64,000 bases of DNA from a virus. A model generated the notes under the pieces. It did not search any database, had not been told where the DNA came from, and saw only the letters and a program-made list of their open reading frames with translations. Location of the stretch: IMG/VR virus record IMGVR_UViG_3300014720_000002; one strand, given 5' to 3'. The translations under genes were made by a program, and so were the position numbers. Below, piece after piece: positions 52,418 to 62,850 of this stretch (positions within the stretch are counted from its first letter, which is position 1; each line of letters starts with the position of its first letter).

Positions 52418-54988
52418 ATGACAGCAACTCTCGACCAGCAGTGGCGCAAGCTCGCGGCGGCCACCGTCACCGCGCCGCGCGAGGAAGTGGAGCGCACCTT
52501 CGCCGACCTGGCCTACACCGTGGTCCAGAACAAGGCCGCCCCGCTCATGCGCCCTGGCTTCCGCGTGGGCTTCGAGATCGTGTTCACCAACGACCAGAAC
52601 ACGCGCATGGTCGGCATCTTCGTGTTCAAGGTTGGTCCGGCGATCTTCTACGTGCCGACCTTCTTCATCAATGGCGCGGTCAAGGGCGCCGAGATGATCT
52701 ACCGGGTCAAGGAGCAGCGCATCGTGCCGCTCACGCCCGAGTGGGCCGACTTCCTGGTGAACCTGCATCCCCGGGCCGAAGGCGTGGATGTGCCCACCTC
52801 CGACCGTGCGAACTACGGCGCGCAGATGGACCTTCGTTCGCTGGCCGCGCCGACGTATGCGGGGATGAAGGGCGTCGCCTTCGACAAGCAGGCGGCTGAA
52901 AACTGCGCGACCGCTGTGCTGCAGGAGATCGACCGTCAGTTGGATCTCAAGCAGGAGATGGGCGCTGACTTCAAGGGCGCACATGCCATCACCATGAAGA
53001 GCGGCGAACCGCTGCTCAATGTCTGGCTGGCCAAGCAGGCTTGGGGGGTGAAGATCGCCGAGGCGGATTACCGCCGGCCGGCCAAGGAGTTGGCCGCTGA
53101 CATCATCGCTGATCTGCGTGCCCAGGCCGATCCTGCCGCCACCATCAAGGCCGCGCGCCAGGGCGCCCATGCCCAGTTCAAGACATGGATGGAGATGCCG
53201 GTCAAGCAGGCCGCCGAGGAAGGCGTGTCCGTGCTGCGCCGCTTTGTGCTGGAGTCCGGCGGGCGCAGCGCCATGCGGAAGATCGCCAACACCGTCCAGG
53301 CGTCCCGCCCGTTTGCTGAGGCGCTCTATCTCGGGTCCGAGGAAGCGAACTACAGCCCGGATATCCCGGAGCAGGAAAAGCAGGCATCCGGCCCGCAGGC
53401 TGTGCTCATCGCCCATCTCAACCCGCTGGACAACGCTGCGGTCAAGCAAGCGTCAGCGGAGCAGATCCGGGAGGGCTTTGTGATCGAGGATCTCCGCAAG
53501 GAGGCTGAGGTCAACGTCGAGGTGGCGGATGACACGCGCTCCGAATTGCAGACCATCGCCGAGCCGGGCCAGTATGACGTGCTCATGGCGGGCGGCATCA
53601 TGCGTCCGGCCTTGGTGGGTTACTCCGACCAGTCCGACCTGCTTCACACCCGGCCTGGCAGCGGTAGCTGTTCGCCTGCTCCCTGCAGCCCTGTTTCGAT
53701 CCAGCAGTCCGACATCGTGCTGGTGGACCTGGAGACCGGCGAGTCGCGCTCGATCTGGAATTCGCGCGGCACCAACCCGCTGCATGGGCGCGGCGACGGC
53801 AAGGTGGAGACAGACAAGCTGATCGCCATGCCTTCGGCCGGCAAGTGCTACCGCCTGTGGGACTCGGAGAAGCAGACGCTGTCTCAGCCCTTCTACGTCC
53901 GCCGGGTGGACGACAAGGAGATGGGCCTGAAGCGCATCCAGATCTTCACCGGCTCCTGGCTCTATCGCGGCGAGCCCGGCACGCTGCTCTGGATCAACCC
54001 TGACTTCGACGGCGTCAACGTGGCGGAGAAGGTCATCGGCAACTGCTGCAAATTCATCGAGGTTGCGGCCAAGGTGGAGAAGCGCGAGTCCAACGCCACC
54101 GGACTGGCGCCCGCTACCGTTGCCACCAGCGGCAACCTGGCGGCGGTCAACCAGCTTCTCCTCGACCAGGATCTCAATGTGGCTTACGTCGGCGAGGCCA
54201 CACTCACTCCGGGTGATGGCTACGCGCTGGCGCAGATGATCTTCGGCGCTGGCTACAAGCGGGCCAGCCTGCAGTTGGCCGAAGGCGGCCGGTTCGTGGT
54301 TGAACTGGAGAGCGGCGTCAAGCTGGCTTCCCGGTTCAACCGTTTCGGCGCGCTGATGACACTCATGTCCCGCTGTGCCCTGCGCGAGAAGCTCGCCCGG
54401 ACGCTGGTGGAGCGCGCGGAGAATTCCGGCGTGGTCCGGTTCTTCTACCAGCCGTTCGAGAAGCTCGCCACCAACCTCGGCGTCAGCTTCCCTGAGTTCG
54501 AGCAGTATGTGAACGAGGACTTCGGTGTGCCGGCGGAAGGCAGTTCCATGCAGGCGGTGCAGGTGGACTCCACGCCTGTCGAAGTGCCGCAGCAGCGCAT
54601 CGGTGACCGCTGGAGCCTGGAGACGGGCGACACCACGGACACCATCGACGCCCAGCTTCCCGTCCAGTTGTGGGACATGTCCAAGTCCATGGGCCTGCCC
54701 AACCTGTTCGAGCACGGCGTGGTGGGCACGCTGGTCAACACCTACGACTCGGTCGGCATGGTGGACAAGTGGCTGCCCGACCTGGAGCAGGCCCTTGACC
54801 GGATCGGCCGGCTGCTCTTCCTCATCTACTGGAAGCCAGAGGATTTTGCCTCGGCCTACGGTAGCGACGACCAGACTGCGCTGGAGAACAAGGCGCTCTC
54901 CACCTTCAAGGCTTTCGGTGATCTCACCCTGGAACTAATGCTCAAGAACCGCGAGCACCAGCGTGGCTCGCCGGGCTTGATGTCCTGA
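52418..54988 (+). CDS. Large morphogenesis/virion protein of unknown function
   Basis: 856 aa, strong GC3 bias, about ten K-x-A motifs. Confidence 0.75.
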   Translation: MTATLDQQWRKLAAATVTAPREEVERTFADLAYTVVQNKAAPLMRPGFRVGFEIVFTNDQNTRMVGIFVFKVGPAIFYVPTFFINGAVKGAEMIYRVKEQRIVPLTPEWADFLVNLHPRAEGVDVPTSDRANYGAQMDLRSLAAPTYAGMKGVAFDKQAAENCATAVLQEIDRQLDLKQEMGADFKGAHAITMKSGEPLLNVWLAKQAWGVKIAEADYRRPAKELAADIIADLRAQADPAATIKAARQGAHAQFKTWMEMPVKQAAEEGVSVLRRFVLESGGRSAMRKIANTVQASRPFAEALYLGSEEANYSPDIPEQEKQASGPQAVLIAHLNPLDNAAVKQASAEQIREGFVIEDLRKEAEVNVEVADDTRSELQTIAEPGQYDVLMAGGIMRPALVGYSDQSDLLHTRPGSGSCSPAPCSPVSIQQSDIVLVDLETGESRSIWNSRGTNPLHGRGDGKVETDKLIAMPSAGKCYRLWDSEKQTLSQPFYVRRVDDKEMGLKRIQIFTGSWLYRGEPGTLLWINPDFDGVNVAEKVIGNCCKFIEVAAKVEKRESNATGLAPATVATSGNLAAVNQLLLDQDLNVAYVGEATLTPGDGYALAQMIFGAGYKRASLQLAEGGRFVVELESGVKLASRFNRFGALMTLMSRCALREKLARTLVERAENSGVVRFFYQPFEKLATNLGVSFPEFEQYVNEDFGVPAEGSSMQAVQVDSTPVEVPQQRIGDRWSLETGDTTDTIDAQLPVQLWDMSKSMGLPNLFEHGVVGTLVNTYDSVGMVDKWLPDLEQALDRIGRLLFLIYWKPEDFASAYGSDDQTALENKALSTFKAFGDLTLELMLKNREHQRGSPGLMS

Positions 54989-55124
54989 GCCATGCGCACG
55001 CGCAGGTTTCAACTCTTCGGCCGCTGGTGGATGGTGCATCTGACCACCACCGCACCCTGGCTGACTGTCCATCGAGGACAACACTGCATCTGCGATGTGC
55101 TGCATCGCCTGACCTGTATCCACC

Positions 55125-56174
55125 ATGAACCGGCTTCAAGTAACCCGACTGGCCCAGCTTCTCCCAGAAGGCTGCACCTATCTCCGATCACTTCCAGCCG
55201 CCCCGAGGCGGCTTGATCCCAACACGGACGGACTGGTGGACCGGCTGGTGTTCTGCCTGCATGATCCCCAGGTCGGCTTCCGTTTTGTGCAGGCGCACAT
55301 CGAGATGGGCGTGCCAATGGATCCGACCATCAACGAGGAGTCGCTGCACCTGGCCTACAACTACATGAAATGCACGGACACGGAGCACCAGCATTTCATG
55401 ACGGCCTATGCCCTGCACATGAACCATCCGCAGAGCGGCGTGCTGGGCAGCCTGGTGCGTGCCTACCTGATCTGCCCGGACATCAGCTACCAGAAGATCA
55501 GTTCCGACCTGAAGGTGCCGGTGGCGGCGGTGCGGCTCTTCGAGGAACTGTTCTTCAACGTCCGCGACCGGATGGACGAGCCGGCCTATATTCACGGCGT
55601 GGTGTTCCCTGAGACCCGCATGCCTATCATGCGTCCGGGCTATGGTGACCGTGAGGATCCTCGCCTCATCGTGCTGCGCATGGCCTACGATCACGGGATC
55701 GAGCCGGCCATGGCGGTGTCCGGCCGTCGGTCGGCCATGACGCAGGAACACAACTCCTCGGATTCGGCGTTGCGTGTGGAAGGTTCCATCATGAGCACGG
55801 CGCTCACCCAGGCGCGCATCGGCATGGGCAGCGGCGCGGCCCTCAGCCACGCCCGGCAGATGATCTCGGCGGCCAAGATCGGCGGGCAGGAGCAGGGCAA
55901 TGACGGGCGCATCTCCGGGCTGGAGTCGGTGGCCAATCGGCATCCGGTCTCAGATGAGATCAAAGCCTACAACAATCCGGACACCCGCGCGCGGTTGTTG
56001 AACGAGTCGTTCAGCGAGGTGGCGAAGAAATCGCCGGACGCCCTCATGCTGCCTGACCAGTTACCGTCGCGCCGTCCTGACTATCAGCCAGGCGTGGCGC
56101 CGGAACTCATCGCCAAGCTGCGCAGTGCCGGAATCAAGAAAGAGGCGGCCAAGGCACAGCCAGTCAAGGCTTAG
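55125..56174 (+). CDS. Hypothetical protein, possible HTH
   Basis: SYQKISSDLKVPVAAVRLF HTH-like segment; start uncertain. Confidence 0.65.
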   Translation: MNRLQVTRLAQLLPEGCTYLRSLPAAPRRLDPNTDGLVDRLVFCLHDPQVGFRFVQAHIEMGVPMDPTINEESLHLAYNYMKCTDTEHQHFMTAYALHMNHPQSGVLGSLVRAYLICPDISYQKISSDLKVPVAAVRLFEELFFNVRDRMDEPAYIHGVVFPETRMPIMRPGYGDREDPRLIVLRMAYDHGIEPAMAVSGRRSAMTQEHNSSDSALRVEGSIMSTALTQARIGMGSGAALSHARQMISAAKIGGQEQGNDGRISGLESVANRHPVSDEIKAYNNPDTRARLLNESFSEVAKKSPDALMLPDQLPSRRPDYQPGVAPELIAKLRSAGIKKEAAKAQPVKA

Positions 56175-56247
56175 AGGTCAAGCTCAATTTGGGCTTGTTA
56201 AAGCCAACCACGCTGCCTATTGTGGCCCAACGCAGTGGCTATGGCTT

Positions 56248-57714
56248 GTGAGACAAGAACTTCTAACTTGGCTGGTTGATGACATTGCTCCGGCAGTGAA
56301 GCAGGGCGCTTCGGCCGAGGACGCAATCATCAAGCTCGCGACCGATCAAAACCTTGCCCCGGCTGCCGTCGAGGCGCTTGGCCAGTTGTTCAACACGGCC
56401 AAGACTGTCTCCTACCTGGACAAGGCAGCTTCGCGCGGCGGCACCTTCAAGATTCTCGACGTGCCGGGACTGGTGTCGCGGTATCTCACGATGAAGCCCG
56501 TCACCACCTCGACCAAGACCGCTGGCGCCGAGCCGCTGTGGGAGGCCGATTGGGACGAGGTGCAGACCCTGCCCTCCGTGCTCAAGTCGCTGGTGCAGGA
56601 CGCCGACCCCGTGCTGGAGACTGCCATGCCGGCAGCGCACATCCTGGCCAAGAGCGCCTCCGCGCCGCTGGCATCGCAGGATCTCGTCAAGGCCGCCGGG
56701 GATGTGCTGCGTCAGCGCGAGTTCGACCTGCTGGAAGATGCGCGAGGCGTGCTTCGACAGATCCACGCCAAGGTGGCGGGCTGCACCATCTCGTTCAGCG
56801 AGGTGGAGGCGGATGCCCTGCTGCTGCACGGCGACAAGATCAAACCTGCCGTCGAGCAGGCGGCGCGTTTCTGCAAGGCTTCGCACCTGGCGGTTGAGCG
56901 TGCTACCGGCCCCGGCTCCCGGCGCCTGGTGATCGACACCGAAGGCATGCAGCCGCTCTTCCTCAAGCTGGCCGAACTGCAGTCACAGCTTGATCAGGTG
57001 CGCGGCAAGACCACGCAGATGGATGCGTTGACCAAGGAGGCGGTCAGCGCCGCCACGGCCACTGAGTCGTCCCGTGCATCCACCAAGCCCAAGGTGCCTG
57101 ACATGCACGCCGCCCCGGCCGATGACGCCGAAGGTGGCAAAGGTTCTGATCGAGGCGACCGTTCTTCCGGCGGCAAACCGCAAGGCGGCAAGCCTGCGCG
57201 ACCTTCTGGTGGCGGTAGCTCACCCTCTGCGCCCAGTGGTGGCAAGGGTGGCGGCGGCAGTGCCAAGACAGTGCTGACGGACTCGTCGGAGTGGCTGTCC
57301 AAAGGACCGGTTGGCGCCATGGCCGACGAGTATGTCAGCCAGGCCAAGAAGGTGCTGATGTCGCCAAACAACACCGGGCAGGAACTCGTGGACGACAGCG
57401 CGCAGGATTACGAGCAGACCTCCATGCTGCAGAAGCTGCTCCTGACCGATGAAGTGCTGTCTGACGCCGACCCTGAGCGCGTTGCCGAAATCTACAACAC
57501 GTTCCGGACCACGATGCCGGCGTTGGCGGCTGATCCAAATGTGATGCGCGTCGCGCTGCGCAGCGCGCTGCAGCACGACGGCATCGCGCCGTTCGATGTG
57601 AAAGGTTTCCTCGACACGCAACTGGCCGCGCAGCGGATGGACCTCAACCGCCGGCAGTTGAAAGACACCCTCTACAAGGGCAAAGACTTGCCAGCCGCCA
57701 AGGGACGGGATTAA
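56248..57714 (+). CDS. Putative virion/morphogenesis protein
   Basis: GTG start; several K-x-A motifs; G/S/P linker. Confidence 0.7.
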   Translation: MRQELLTWLVDDIAPAVKQGASAEDAIIKLATDQNLAPAAVEALGQLFNTAKTVSYLDKAASRGGTFKILDVPGLVSRYLTMKPVTTSTKTAGAEPLWEADWDEVQTLPSVLKSLVQDADPVLETAMPAAHILAKSASAPLASQDLVKAAGDVLRQREFDLLEDARGVLRQIHAKVAGCTISFSEVEADALLLHGDKIKPAVEQAARFCKASHLAVERATGPGSRRLVIDTEGMQPLFLKLAELQSQLDQVRGKTTQMDALTKEAVSAATATESSRASTKPKVPDMHAAPADDAEGGKGSDRGDRSSGGKPQGGKPARPSGGGSSPSAPSGGKGGGGSAKTVLTDSSEWLSKGPVGAMADEYVSQAKKVLMSPNNTGQELVDDSAQDYEQTSMLQKLLLTDEVLSDADPERVAEIYNTFRTTMPALAADPNVMRVALRSALQHDGIAPFDVKGFLDTQLAAQRMDLNRRQLKDTLYKGKDLPAAKGRD

Positions 57715-57724
57715 ACTCTCCGGC

Positions 57725-58033
57725 ATGAGCGAGCCCACCATCCAGGCCAAGGTCGATCCCGCCCGGCATGCCGCCGATGTCCTGCAGCAGCTTTTCCAGT
57801 CGGATCCGGAGGGCTGTCAGAAATTTATCGCCAACCGCACCACCGTGGAACTGAAGGGGCCGGACACGCTGCCGGTTGAGTTCGTCAAGAAAGGCGACAA
57901 GATCACAGTGGGGCCGCTGGGCCTGCTCAATGGCGTGCTGGCCGGATTGTCCAACAACTATGTCTGCGCCACCGTCAACGAGGAGGGCCGCATCGTCGGC
58001 TTCAGCACCATGCCGCGCCAACTCCCGTCATGA
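57725..58033 (+). CDS. Hypothetical protein
   Basis: 102 aa, CCGGCATG start context. Confidence 0.7.
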   Translation: MSEPTIQAKVDPARHAADVLQQLFQSDPEGCQKFIANRTTVELKGPDTLPVEFVKKGDKITVGPLGLLNGVLAGLSNNYVCATVNEEGRIVGFSTMPRQLPS

Positions 58034-58644
58034 AAATCCGCAAGCTCGTTGAGAACCTGGGTGGACGCTACCACGTCCAGATTTCACCGTTCGACTTCAC
58101 GGCGCTGGAGGAGGAGAAGCTCGCGGTGTTTGGCGAGCCCATCGTCAATGCCGGCGGCACCTTCCTCGGCGACGTGACCCGGCCTGGTCAGGTCAACACC
58201 GTGGTGGCTGCCTCGGGCGGCGGTGGCAGTGGCGCCACGTTCGAGCCGGTTCTCGACATCAACGGCGCCATCGTGGAGATCAAGATTCTCACCCAGGGCA
58301 CCGGCTACACGTCCAGCCCGACACTGACCATCACCGGCGCTGGTTCCGGGGCAGAGGCGCTGGCTGTGGTCGAGGACGGCAAGGTCACGGACATCGAGAT
58401 CATCGCCTCCGGCACCGGGTATCAGAAGACGCCGGTGACGGTCTCGTTCACGCTACCCAACCGGCATCGCCGGCTGCGTTCTGACTTTCCCGTCAAGCAG
58501 GTGTTCGACCTGGCCGATGATGTCAATGCCGACGCCAAGGCCGAGCACTGGGCCAAGGTGGTGCAGGACCGCATGATCGAGGCGCGTGACTCGGTGCTGC
58601 TCCGTGCGCGGCCTCTCGAAGGCGAGACCGTGGTGACGGTGTGA
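58030..58644 (+). CDS. Structural protein with two GxGA...GxGY..P beta repeats
   Basis: GSGATFEPVLDINGAIVEIKILTQGTGYTSSP and GSGAEALAVVEDGKVTDIEIIASGTGYQKTP. Confidence 0.7.
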   Translation: MKIRKLVENLGGRYHVQISPFDFTALEEEKLAVFGEPIVNAGGTFLGDVTRPGQVNTVVAASGGGGSGATFEPVLDINGAIVEIKILTQGTGYTSSPTLTITGAGSGAEALAVVEDGKVTDIEIIASGTGYQKTPVTVSFTLPNRHRRLRSDFPVKQVFDLADDVNADAKAEHWAKVVQDRMIEARDSVLLRARPLEGETVVTV

Positions 58645-58648
58645 TCGT

Positions 58649-59680
58649 ATGACCATCCCTCAAATCGACCCGCAACTGGTCAAGGATCTCGTCCTTCCCG
58701 GCCTCGTAGGCGCTGCCGGCGGTGGCGGACTGGCGGGCTATCTGGCCAGCCAGGAAGCCCGCCCTGACGAGGCTCCCGGCGAGCGGCGTCGGCGCATCAT
58801 GCGCAATGCGCTCATGGGCACGGCGCTGGGTGGCGTGACGGGCGCGGCTCTCCCGCAAGGTGTGAAGATGATGACAGGACCGTTTCGTGAAGGCGGAGCC
58901 AGTCCGGGCATGTTCTCGCGGGGCGTGGATGGCTTGACTGATTTCGGCATCAACCACGCCGCAGGGTTGGGCACGCTGGCCCTGGGCGGCATGGGTGTCA
59001 GGCATCTGGTGCGCAGCAACCGGACCAACGCGCTGCGCCGCATCGCCCAGATGGTCAAGGGCGAGAAGTCCCTGGCGCACCGCATCACTCCCGGCGAACT
59101 CACACCCGATGTCCTCCATTCGTTCCTCACCGCTTCACCGGAAAACCGGTCCAAGGTCATGCACGTTGTGGACAGTGCTCTGAACCGCCGGTCGGAGCGG
59201 GGCATGGGCCTGGCTGCCAACGAGCTTCTGATGGAGGCTGGCGTGCGAGGGTTCCCGTTCAACCGGGCCACTGCGTTTGCTGACGAGAGCTACGACCTGC
59301 TGCACTCCAAGCCGGTGCCCAAGCGGGTGGCGCGCGGTCTGGCTGAGCATCTTGGCCAGTCCGGTCGTGGCTTCATGTCCAACCAGGTGGCGCGCATCGC
59401 CGACGGGACTGGTCCGTTGCTGGGTGACGCCGGCAAGCGCATGACCCGTGGCATCTCTGATCTCATGCCCGCCTGGGTGCCCGATCACATTGCCCAGCGC
59501 ATCGCCGGAATTCCGAGCACGCGTGGCCATGACATTGGGCGGATGTTCTCGGAAGTGTTCCGTCCTTCGCTGCGAGGTTCGGAGGGCATCTCGCAGTTCT
59601 CGCCTACCACCATGACGGCTGGGACGCTGGCGGGTGCGGGTGCCGCCGATGAACTGCAGAACCGCCTGATGGGCAACTAG
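58649..59680 (+). CDS. Glycine-zipper putative virion protein
   Basis: GLVGAAGGGGLAG and GTALGGVTGAAL helices. Confidence 0.7.
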   Translation: MTIPQIDPQLVKDLVLPGLVGAAGGGGLAGYLASQEARPDEAPGERRRRIMRNALMGTALGGVTGAALPQGVKMMTGPFREGGASPGMFSRGVDGLTDFGINHAAGLGTLALGGMGVRHLVRSNRTNALRRIAQMVKGEKSLAHRITPGELTPDVLHSFLTASPENRSKVMHVVDSALNRRSERGMGLAANELLMEAGVRGFPFNRATAFADESYDLLHSKPVPKRVARGLAEHLGQSGRGFMSNQVARIADGTGPLLGDAGKRMTRGISDLMPAWVPDHIAQRIAGIPSTRGHDIGRMFSEVFRPSLRGSEGISQFSPTTMTAGTLAGAGAADELQNRLMGN

Positions 59681-59683
59681 CGC

Positions 59684-61147
59684 ATGGACAAGGTCATCTT
59701 CTCCCACGACAACGACGCGGTCCTGAAACGGGCCGGCGGGCATCTGGCCTTCCTGTTCGAGAATGCGCGTCAGGTGAAGTCGGCGGCCTCGTCGGCTTTC
59801 TCTGACAAGCTGCTGCGCCAGCATCTGCCGGACGACAACCACTTCGGCGTGCACCTCATTGCCATGGGGGCGAGCGAGAACTACGGCTTCAACAAGAACG
59901 GCGACCACTGGGCCAGGCCCGACCTCAAAGCCCGGCACGACACGTTCGTGAAGTGCGGTCATTTCTTCGTCGAGCACCGCAACCGCGATCCCAAGCTCGC
60001 CATCGGCAAGATCGCGGCGTCGGGCTACAACGACGAGATGGACCGGGTGGAGTTGGTGGTGCACGGCTGCAAGAAGAAGGCGGCGGAACAGCACGAGCGC
60101 GCCAAGCGAGGTGAGCCACTCGCCTTCTCGATGTCAGCGCGGGTGCCCCACGATGTCTGCTCGTGCTGCGAGAACCACGCCAAGAGCGCGCGGTTTTATT
60201 GCACGCATCTGGCCAACCGCATGACCCAGTTCGTGCCGGAGTTCCAGAAGTTCGCCTACGCGCGCAATCCGCAGCCGACGTTCTTCGACATCTCCGACGT
60301 GCGTAATCCGGCTGACCGCATCGCCTGGTATCTCGAATACATGCTGGACAAGGACAACCAGAAGGCGGCGTCGGCGGAGTTCCCGTTCAGCAACCTGGTG
60401 GCCGAGCGCATCGGCGTCGGACTGCCGACGGAGTTGGGCTGGTCCACCGTGGCGGGACGGGCCGTGCTGGAAAAGCTCGCGCACGAGGAGGCGTTCACGC
60501 AGGCCGTCCTCCGGGGCGAAGTGAAAAGCGAGGATGGTCGCGCGCATCTCGTGAAAGAAGCGATGCCGTTCCTGTTCACGGGCGACGAGATTTCTGACGC
60601 GCAGTTGCAGATCTTGCGGCAGGTGCAGCCCGACGTGGTGTTTCACCATCTGGCCAAGCATGCGGCCGTGCTGCCTTTTCCAACTTTCTTCGCGATGGTC
60701 AACGGCATCACACTGGCCGAAGCGGATCAGCACGCGGTCTGCAAGGCCGCACAGCAGAAGCTGTCCACGCTGTTCCGCGACCTGCAGCAACAGCCGGCCG
60801 AGCCGGAACTGGAGCAGTTGTTCGCGCCGGCATCGCTGTTCAAGGCCGCCTGTGAGTGTGGGCCGGGTGACCCGGTTCAGTCACTACTCGACCAGGTCGG
60901 CGAGAAACTTTCCATGCAACCTGCCCAGGTGCGTGTCCGGGTGGTTCGGACCTGTGCAGCCGCCCCGGAGCAACACAAGAGCGCGTCGGCTGTTTCCGAC
61001 GAGTTCCCGGCCGAGGTCATGGAGAAGGCGGCGAACGTCAGCCGTGCCTACGCCACTTACAGGGTGGCGCAGTTGGTTCACCTCACTGATCACAACCTGA
61101 TTGACGATCCGGTTGTGCCGCTGCTATTCTGTCAGCACAAACGCTAA
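59684..61147 (+). CDS. Putative prohead (head maturation) protease with Cys-rich insert
   Basis: FVEHRNRD...AIGKI...RVELV...FSMSARV..DVCSCC...YCTHL; upstream of scaffold-like and capsid genes. Confidence 0.65.
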   Translation: MDKVIFSHDNDAVLKRAGGHLAFLFENARQVKSAASSAFSDKLLRQHLPDDNHFGVHLIAMGASENYGFNKNGDHWARPDLKARHDTFVKCGHFFVEHRNRDPKLAIGKIAASGYNDEMDRVELVVHGCKKKAAEQHERAKRGEPLAFSMSARVPHDVCSCCENHAKSARFYCTHLANRMTQFVPEFQKFAYARNPQPTFFDISDVRNPADRIAWYLEYMLDKDNQKAASAEFPFSNLVAERIGVGLPTELGWSTVAGRAVLEKLAHEEAFTQAVLRGEVKSEDGRAHLVKEAMPFLFTGDEISDAQLQILRQVQPDVVFHHLAKHAAVLPFPTFFAMVNGITLAEADQHAVCKAAQQKLSTLFRDLQQQPAEPELEQLFAPASLFKAACECGPGDPVQSLLDQVGEKLSMQPAQVRVRVVRTCAAAPEQHKSASAVSDEFPAEVMEKAANVSRAYATYRVAQLVHLTDHNLIDDPVVPLLFCQHKR

Positions 61148-61152
61148 CCGCT

Positions 61153-62340
61153 ATGTCTCAATCAATCCTCACCTTCGAGCAGCTTGGCCAGCGCCTCAAC
61201 GCCCGTTCCAAGTCGGCCTCCACTCCCGCGACGCCGACCAAGTCGGCCTGTGATGTTCCGGCCGTGCCGGAGAAAGATCCGCAGGACAAGGGCAACGTGG
61301 GCGTGCCGGTTGATCCCGCCGCCGCGCCCGCCAAGCAGAACGTGCCGGCCAGCGCCAGCAACGGCGGCGCCACTCCGACGCTCCCCGCTCCTGCGCCGGC
61401 CAAGACCGTTTCCGGCGAGGAGTCGCCGTCGCTCACCGACAAGATCGCCAAGGTGTCGTCCGGCATTGCCGGTGCCATCACCGCGATGCGCGCCGGCAAG
61501 TCCGCCTCCGAAGCTGCGCCGCCGAACGACAAGAAGAACACCGACGGCGACGCCGGCAAGGAAGCCAAGCCGGCGGATGCCGCCAAGGATCCCGCTGCCG
61601 CACCGGCTCCCGCTCCGGCCGCCGACCCCAAGGGTGCGCTGCCCAAGACCGAGCCGACCAACACGGACGCCAAGAAGGAGGCCAGCGAAGAAGTCACCAT
61701 CGACCCGGCGCTCTATGCCAAGTTCGCGGCGGAACTCGCCACCAGCGAGGAAGGCCAGGCGGTGATGCGCAAGATCGCTGAAGCCAAGTTCGGCGCTGGC
61801 GTGGCTGACGACCTGATCAAGGCCGCCATGTTCATGGCCGAGCAGGAAGCCCTCATCGAGGAAGCTGAGGCGTCCGGCGCATTTGCCGCCGAGGAAGCGT
61901 TCAAGTCTGCCTCTGCCGAGGACCAGCAGGCCATCATCAAGCTCGCCCACATCCACCAGGCCGGAGTCGCTGGCTGCACGGATGAACTGGAGCAGCACTT
62001 CTACCTGGAAGGCGCCAAGGCGGCTGCCGCCATGATGGAAGATCCCGCCATGATGGGCGAGGAGATGCCGGCCGACTACAACGGCGAGGGTGTGTCCGAC
62101 ACCGACATCGTCGCCGTGCTCGACCAACTCGTGCAGTCTGGCAAGGTCACCCCGGAAGAGGCCGCCCAGGCGCTGGCCATTCTGCAGGGTGGCGGCGAAG
62201 GCGGCGGTGAAGCTCATCCGGCTGGTGCCGGGGAACCGGCCGACGACGCTCCGCCCGAAGAGAAGGAAGCGCACGCGATTCTCAAGCAGGCCAACGCCAT
62301 CGCCGCAGGCGAGACGCCGGCTGCTCCTGCCAAGGCATAA
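61153..62340 (+). CDS. Scaffold-like low-complexity protein
   Basis: A/P/K/E/D-rich, between protease-like and capsid genes; many K-x-A motifs. Confidence 0.6.
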   Translation: MSQSILTFEQLGQRLNARSKSASTPATPTKSACDVPAVPEKDPQDKGNVGVPVDPAAAPAKQNVPASASNGGATPTLPAPAPAKTVSGEESPSLTDKIAKVSSGIAGAITAMRAGKSASEAAPPNDKKNTDGDAGKEAKPADAAKDPAAAPAPAPAADPKGALPKTEPTNTDAKKEASEEVTIDPALYAKFAAELATSEEGQAVMRKIAEAKFGAGVADDLIKAAMFMAEQEALIEEAEASGAFAAEEAFKSASAEDQQAIIKLAHIHQAGVAGCTDELEQHFYLEGAKAAAAMMEDPAMMGEEMPADYNGEGVSDTDIVAVLDQLVQSGKVTPEEAAQALAILQGGGEGGGEAHPAGAGEPADDAPPEEKEAHAILKQANAIAAGETPAAPAKA

Positions 62341-62361
62341 CCGGCAGACATCGTTTCCGGC

Positions 62362-62850
62362 ATGGACCGCAATCTTCATGACGCAGTGGCGGGTCCGATG
62401 GGGGAAGCCCTGGCTACCTTGGAGGAAGCACTGTTGCAGCATGCGTCCGACCAGGCCAAGATTGCCGCCCTAACGGGCAAGCTCGCCGAGCAGGAACAAG
62501 TTCTCCTGCGGGTGGCTGATCTGGAGACCAAGCTTGCGGCGCAGGACAAGGTTATCCTGGAGAAGGTGGCGGCTGGTCGCCGTCCATTCGCCGCAGGCGA
62601 CCTGCAGAACTGCCTTACCCGGCTGGTCAATCTACATCTGCTGCGACCTGAGGTTCAGGAGAAGGTTGCCTCAGAACTTCAAGAGAATCCCAACCGGGTG
62701 TTCGGCATGATGCTCAGCCTGACCCAGGCGCTCATGAGCACGCCTTCGGAAGGCCAGCCGCTTACCAAGGAGGCTGACACCGATGCTGACGCCGACCCTG
62801 ACGGCTGGTGGCGCGCGGCGCGTGGCCTGCCGGTGGCAATGCGCTCGTGA
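62362..62850 (+). CDS. Coiled-coil head-module protein
   Basis: Heptad-like N-terminus; EKVAA, EKVAS, TKEAD. Confidence 0.65.
   Translation: MDRNLHDAVAGPMGEALATLEEALLQHASDQAKIAALTGKLAEQEQVLLRVADLETKLAAQDKVILEKVAAGRRPFAAGDLQNCLTRLVNLHLLRPEVQEKVASELQENPNRVFGMMLSLTQALMSTPSEGQPLTKEADTDADADPDGWWRAARGLPVAMRS

Noticed and set aside
51785-54715. Long minus-strand ORFs (51785-53449, 53453-54715; also 61162-62442, 47014-48246, 21651-22739, 23432-24424, 59135-60094)
   Set aside because: Antisense shadows of high-GC3 plus-strand genes; no recognisable motifs and fully overlapped by better-supported genes.
52418-54988. Calling this gene portal or terminase
   Set aside because: No Walker A/B or nuclease motifs and no portal signature I can support; left as unknown.
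54992-55216. Small ORF 54992-55216
   Set aside because: Overlaps 55125-56174 and has weak codon bias; I could not decide whether it is real, so it is not called.
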